Assembly (NCBI GenBank): GCA_963777645.1
Contig: CAVZRA010000006.1
Span: forward strand, 180,335 to 244,334
DNA: 64,000 nucleotides
From: an uncultured bacterium
GTDB taxonomy: Bacteria; Actinomycetota; Acidimicrobiia; Spongiisociales; UBA5794
Reading direction: 5' to 3'
Every line of letters starts with the position of its first letter. The first letter of the stretch is position 1. Positions 61,887-64,000 of the stretch are shown in pieces. A model generated the notes under the pieces. That model saw only the letters and a list, made by a program, of their open reading frames with translations. It had not been told where the DNA came from and did no database searches. The position numbers and the translations under genes were made by a program.

Positions 61887-62290
61887 GATCCGCTGCTCAC
61901 AACGCTGACTGATGGCCGGGACGTGGTGCTGCCGCCGGATGCCGCCGTCGAACCACCGCCACCGCTGCTGCTGCTGCTGGCCGTCCCCCCGCCGCCACCA
62001 CCGCCACCACCCACGCTGACTGTCCGTGTGATGACCTTGGGGGCCGGAGGCGGAACCGGCGTGTATCGAATCACAACCAGCCCCGCTTCCGGGGGTGCGG
62101 GTACGGCAGCCAGCGGCTCGGGCACTTGTTGAACCGCAGCTTCCGGTTCCGGGATCGAAACGGGCTCGGTAGTCGTGGTGCCTTGCTCGGTCTGTGCTTG
62201 GACTGCAACTACTGATGTGCCCCAGGCGAGGGCGGCGCCGGTCCAGGCGATGATCCTCATCCAACGACTGGGAAAGAGTCTCTTCAACAT
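61883..62290 (-). CDS. secreted Pro/Gly-rich hypothetical protein
   Basis: Signal peptide (MLKRLFPSRWMRIIAWTGAALAWGTSVVAVQA), a PEP-rich region and poly-Gly/Ser tracts. Confidence 0.4.
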   Translation of the reverse strand: MLKRLFPSRWMRIIAWTGAALAWGTSVVAVQAQTEQGTTTTEPVSIPEPEAAVQQVPEPLAAVPAPPEAGLVVIRYTPVPPPAPKVITRTVSVGGGGGGGGGTASSSSSGGGGSTAASGGSTTSRPSVSVVSSGS

Positions 62291-62291
62291 C

Positions 62292-62658
62292 TCAGCCTCC
62301 TGCTGCGTTGGGATCGCCCTCGACCACGGTCAGCACTGCGCCGTGGTCGATGAGCACCCGGGTGACTGCGGGCGGTAGCTCGGCAGCCACAGCGGATTCG
62401 GGAGTGAGTTCGGCATAGCCGTTGGCCTGGAGCACCCTCACTACCGACGCGTTCAGCTCCGTGACATCGAGATTGGGAACCGTTGCCACAACCATCGTGG
62501 TCGGCGGAGCCGGAGCCGTTGTAGAAGTCACCCACCGCGGTCGGTGCTGCCGGATCCTGCTGGGGAGTGGTCAGCAACCAGGCCACCGGGATAAGACCCA
62601 TCACAGCTACCACGAGGGCGGCCAGCAGCGACACGGTGCTCTTGGACAAATCAGCCAT
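62292..62658 (-). pseudogene. small membrane-anchored hypothetical protein, one frameshift
   Basis: N-terminal TM (LLAALVVAVMGLIPVAWLL) in one frame. A C-terminal 80-aa domain is in a second frame. Confidence 0.3.
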
Positions 62659-63404
62659 CAGTCGTCGTACTCTCCGTGATCGTCGCCGCCGTCGTGCCCT
62701 TCGTGATCGTCGTCATCGGAGTAGCTGGTCCTGGTTGCCTGATCGGCGGCAGTGCGGGCCTCGGCGAGCTTGGAGAGACCGTCTTCGTACCGACCGGAAT
62801 CGGCGAGCGTTGCCGCTTCTGCGACGAGCTTGGTGGCCAGATCGATCTTCGCTCCGTGGGCACCGTCCTTGATGGCTGCGTTAATGTACGCAACCGTCGC
62901 GGCGTACTCCGATTCGAACTGGGCGGAGAGTGCGTTCACTGTTGTGGTCGTCGTGGTCGACGCCGAACCTGCATCAGATGAGCTGCTCCCCGAGCCTGCG
63001 GCAACCGTCACGGTCTCCACAACCGGCTCGGGAGCAGGTTTGCCGGGCAGACCCATCCCCTCGCTGTCACAGATCGCACGGAGCGAATCCAGAGCGGCCT
63101 GTTCCAGTGGGCTGATGGTGCCTCCGGATTCCTTGTCTACGAGGCTCAGGCCCTGCTCACCGCAAGCGGCGGCGAGATCCGCGGCCGACGCGATCTCGGG
63201 GGCGATCGTCGTTTCCACCGTGGTGGTGGAGGTGGTGGTGGTCTCGTTCAGCGTTGTCTCAGTGGCCGCAACGGTGGCAGCCTCTGCCGGTGTGTCCGGT
63301 GAGACCAGGGCAACGGCTGCAACCGCACTCAGCGGCACAAGCAGCAACCCGATGATCAGGGAGGCGGAGAATCTCGATCCTCCACTCTTGGTCTTGGGGC
63401 TCAA
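62658..63404 (-). CDS. secreted protein with Thr-rich linker and acidic His/Asp C-terminal tail (tail paralog of 53135-53740)
   Basis: Signal peptide and a T-rich region. C-terminus is ...DDDDHEGHDGGDDHGEYDD. Confidence 0.55.
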   Translation of the reverse strand: MSPKTKSGGSRFSASLIIGLLLVPLSAVAAVALVSPDTPAEAATVAATETTLNETTTTSTTTVETTIAPEIASAADLAAACGEQGLSLVDKESGGTISPLEQAALDSLRAICDSEGMGLPGKPAPEPVVETVTVAAGSGSSSSDAGSASTTTTTTVNALSAQFESEYAATVAYINAAIKDGAHGAKIDLATKLVAEAATLADSGRYEDGLSKLAEARTAADQATRTSYSDDDDHEGHDGGDDHGEYDD

Positions 63405-63529
63405 CGTTTCATCTCCTTGATTGCGGGCGGTATTCCTACCTGTCCCCGCAATCGTGCATGAAGCTGCGTTAAGCCATCGCTAACGGTCGGGAAAACGCCG
63501 GGTAAACCTCAGACCGGTTCCGCGTGGCG

Positions 63530-64000
63530 CTACGGCCTTTGATAGCGGGCGATGTAGCCGGGGATCGGAACATCCACCCGAGACGCAACATCGGTCACCG
63601 GATCGGCCGCGGCCATGTGGACCGGGATCACGCCCGCCCAGATCGGGAGGTCGTAATCATCCGCGTCATCCTTGGGCCCACCATTTCGCACTTTCGCCGA
63701 CGCCTCGCTCACCGGCAGACGCGACAACAAGCGTGCTCTTCATCTCTCGATCAGTCACCCGGCGAGAATCCGCCCAGCGTCCGGGAATAACGTGGTCGGT
63801 GATCGCTTCGAGCGCTACCCATTTCTCATCGGGATCGTCAACCACCCGTGGAGACCCGAACACGACCACGGAACGGTAGTTCAGAGAATTGTGCAAAGCG
63901 GCTCTGGCAACAGCGATTCCGTCGACGATGGTCACACTGACACTGATGTCGTCACCGTTGCGCATCGAGCGCAGCATCCGACTCGCCGGCGAGCCGTGCA
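63530..64000 (-). pseudogene. pyridoxamine 5'-phosphate oxidase-like (PPOX class F420-dependent) protein, partial at window end, one frameshift
   Basis: YRSVVVFGSPRVVDDPDEKWVALEAITDHVIPGRW, then in a second frame DYDLPIWAGVIPV. Confidence 0.5.

Noticed and set aside
1-64000. tRNA, rRNA, CRISPR, IS element or prophage
   Set aside because: No cloverleaf-like conserved tRNA signatures, no repeat-spacer arrays, and no transposase, integrase or phage structural genes found in any frame.

Overview
High-GC (about 65-70%) actinobacterial (Actinomycetota-type) chromosomal DNA. It carries housekeeping and central-metabolism genes. I found no rRNA or tRNA genes, no CRISPR array, and no transposase, integrase or phage genes. 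There is one truncated DUF222-type HNH nuclease remnant.

Recognisable genes, in order:
- 0.5-12 kb: pepA, a PduO-type cobalamin adenosyltransferase, tkt, an M24 aminopeptidase, and a lipoate/2-oxoacid dehydrogenase block lpd-sucB(E2)-lipB/lipA. lipB and lipA form one continuous 556-aa ORF, an apparent fusion.
- 12-30 kb: an M20 peptidase, a CPBP protease, a HAD hydrolase, an isochorismatase-family hydrolase, a ClC channel, hydrolases, a B12-domain-less methylmalonyl-CoA mutase large subunit, a DsbB/TlpA thiol-disulfide pair, MBL and LLM oxidoreductases, an intact sufC-sufS-sufU, and pncB.
- 30-39 kb: an MFS transporter, a DUF1211 channel, aspA/fumC-like, a Sir2/CobB deacylase, and a divergent sufD-Rieske-sufC copy.
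- 39-46 kb: an M23 peptidase, UdgB, a GHL10-like hydrolase, a group-2 sigma factor, a methyltransferase, NucS, and sufB.
- 46-64 kb: Eis-like GNAT, LLM, an ECF sigma/anti-sigma pair, a WYL (YafY) regulator plus a MOSC protein, an OmpR/histidine-kinase pair, a UPF0182 membrane protein, a Wzm/Wzt-type ABC exporter, and an MsrQ-like/ApbE cluster with secreted proteins.

The most striking property is very uneven gene integrity. Blocks totalling about 25 kb have zero frameshifts. In contrast, 30-42 kb, 48.4-50.7 kb and a few other genes carry dozens of frameshifts, which could be gene decay or local sequence error. There are two junctions where unrelated gene fragments abut (13.4-14.6 kb and about 17.95 kb). 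The suf genes are scattered and partly duplicated. There is a 38-bp perfect palindrome upstream of sufB and a 63-bp tandem repeat with a hairpin downstream of aspA.

Most CDS coordinates are anchored to the supplied ORF track. A few hand-indexed features may be off by 1-3 nt.
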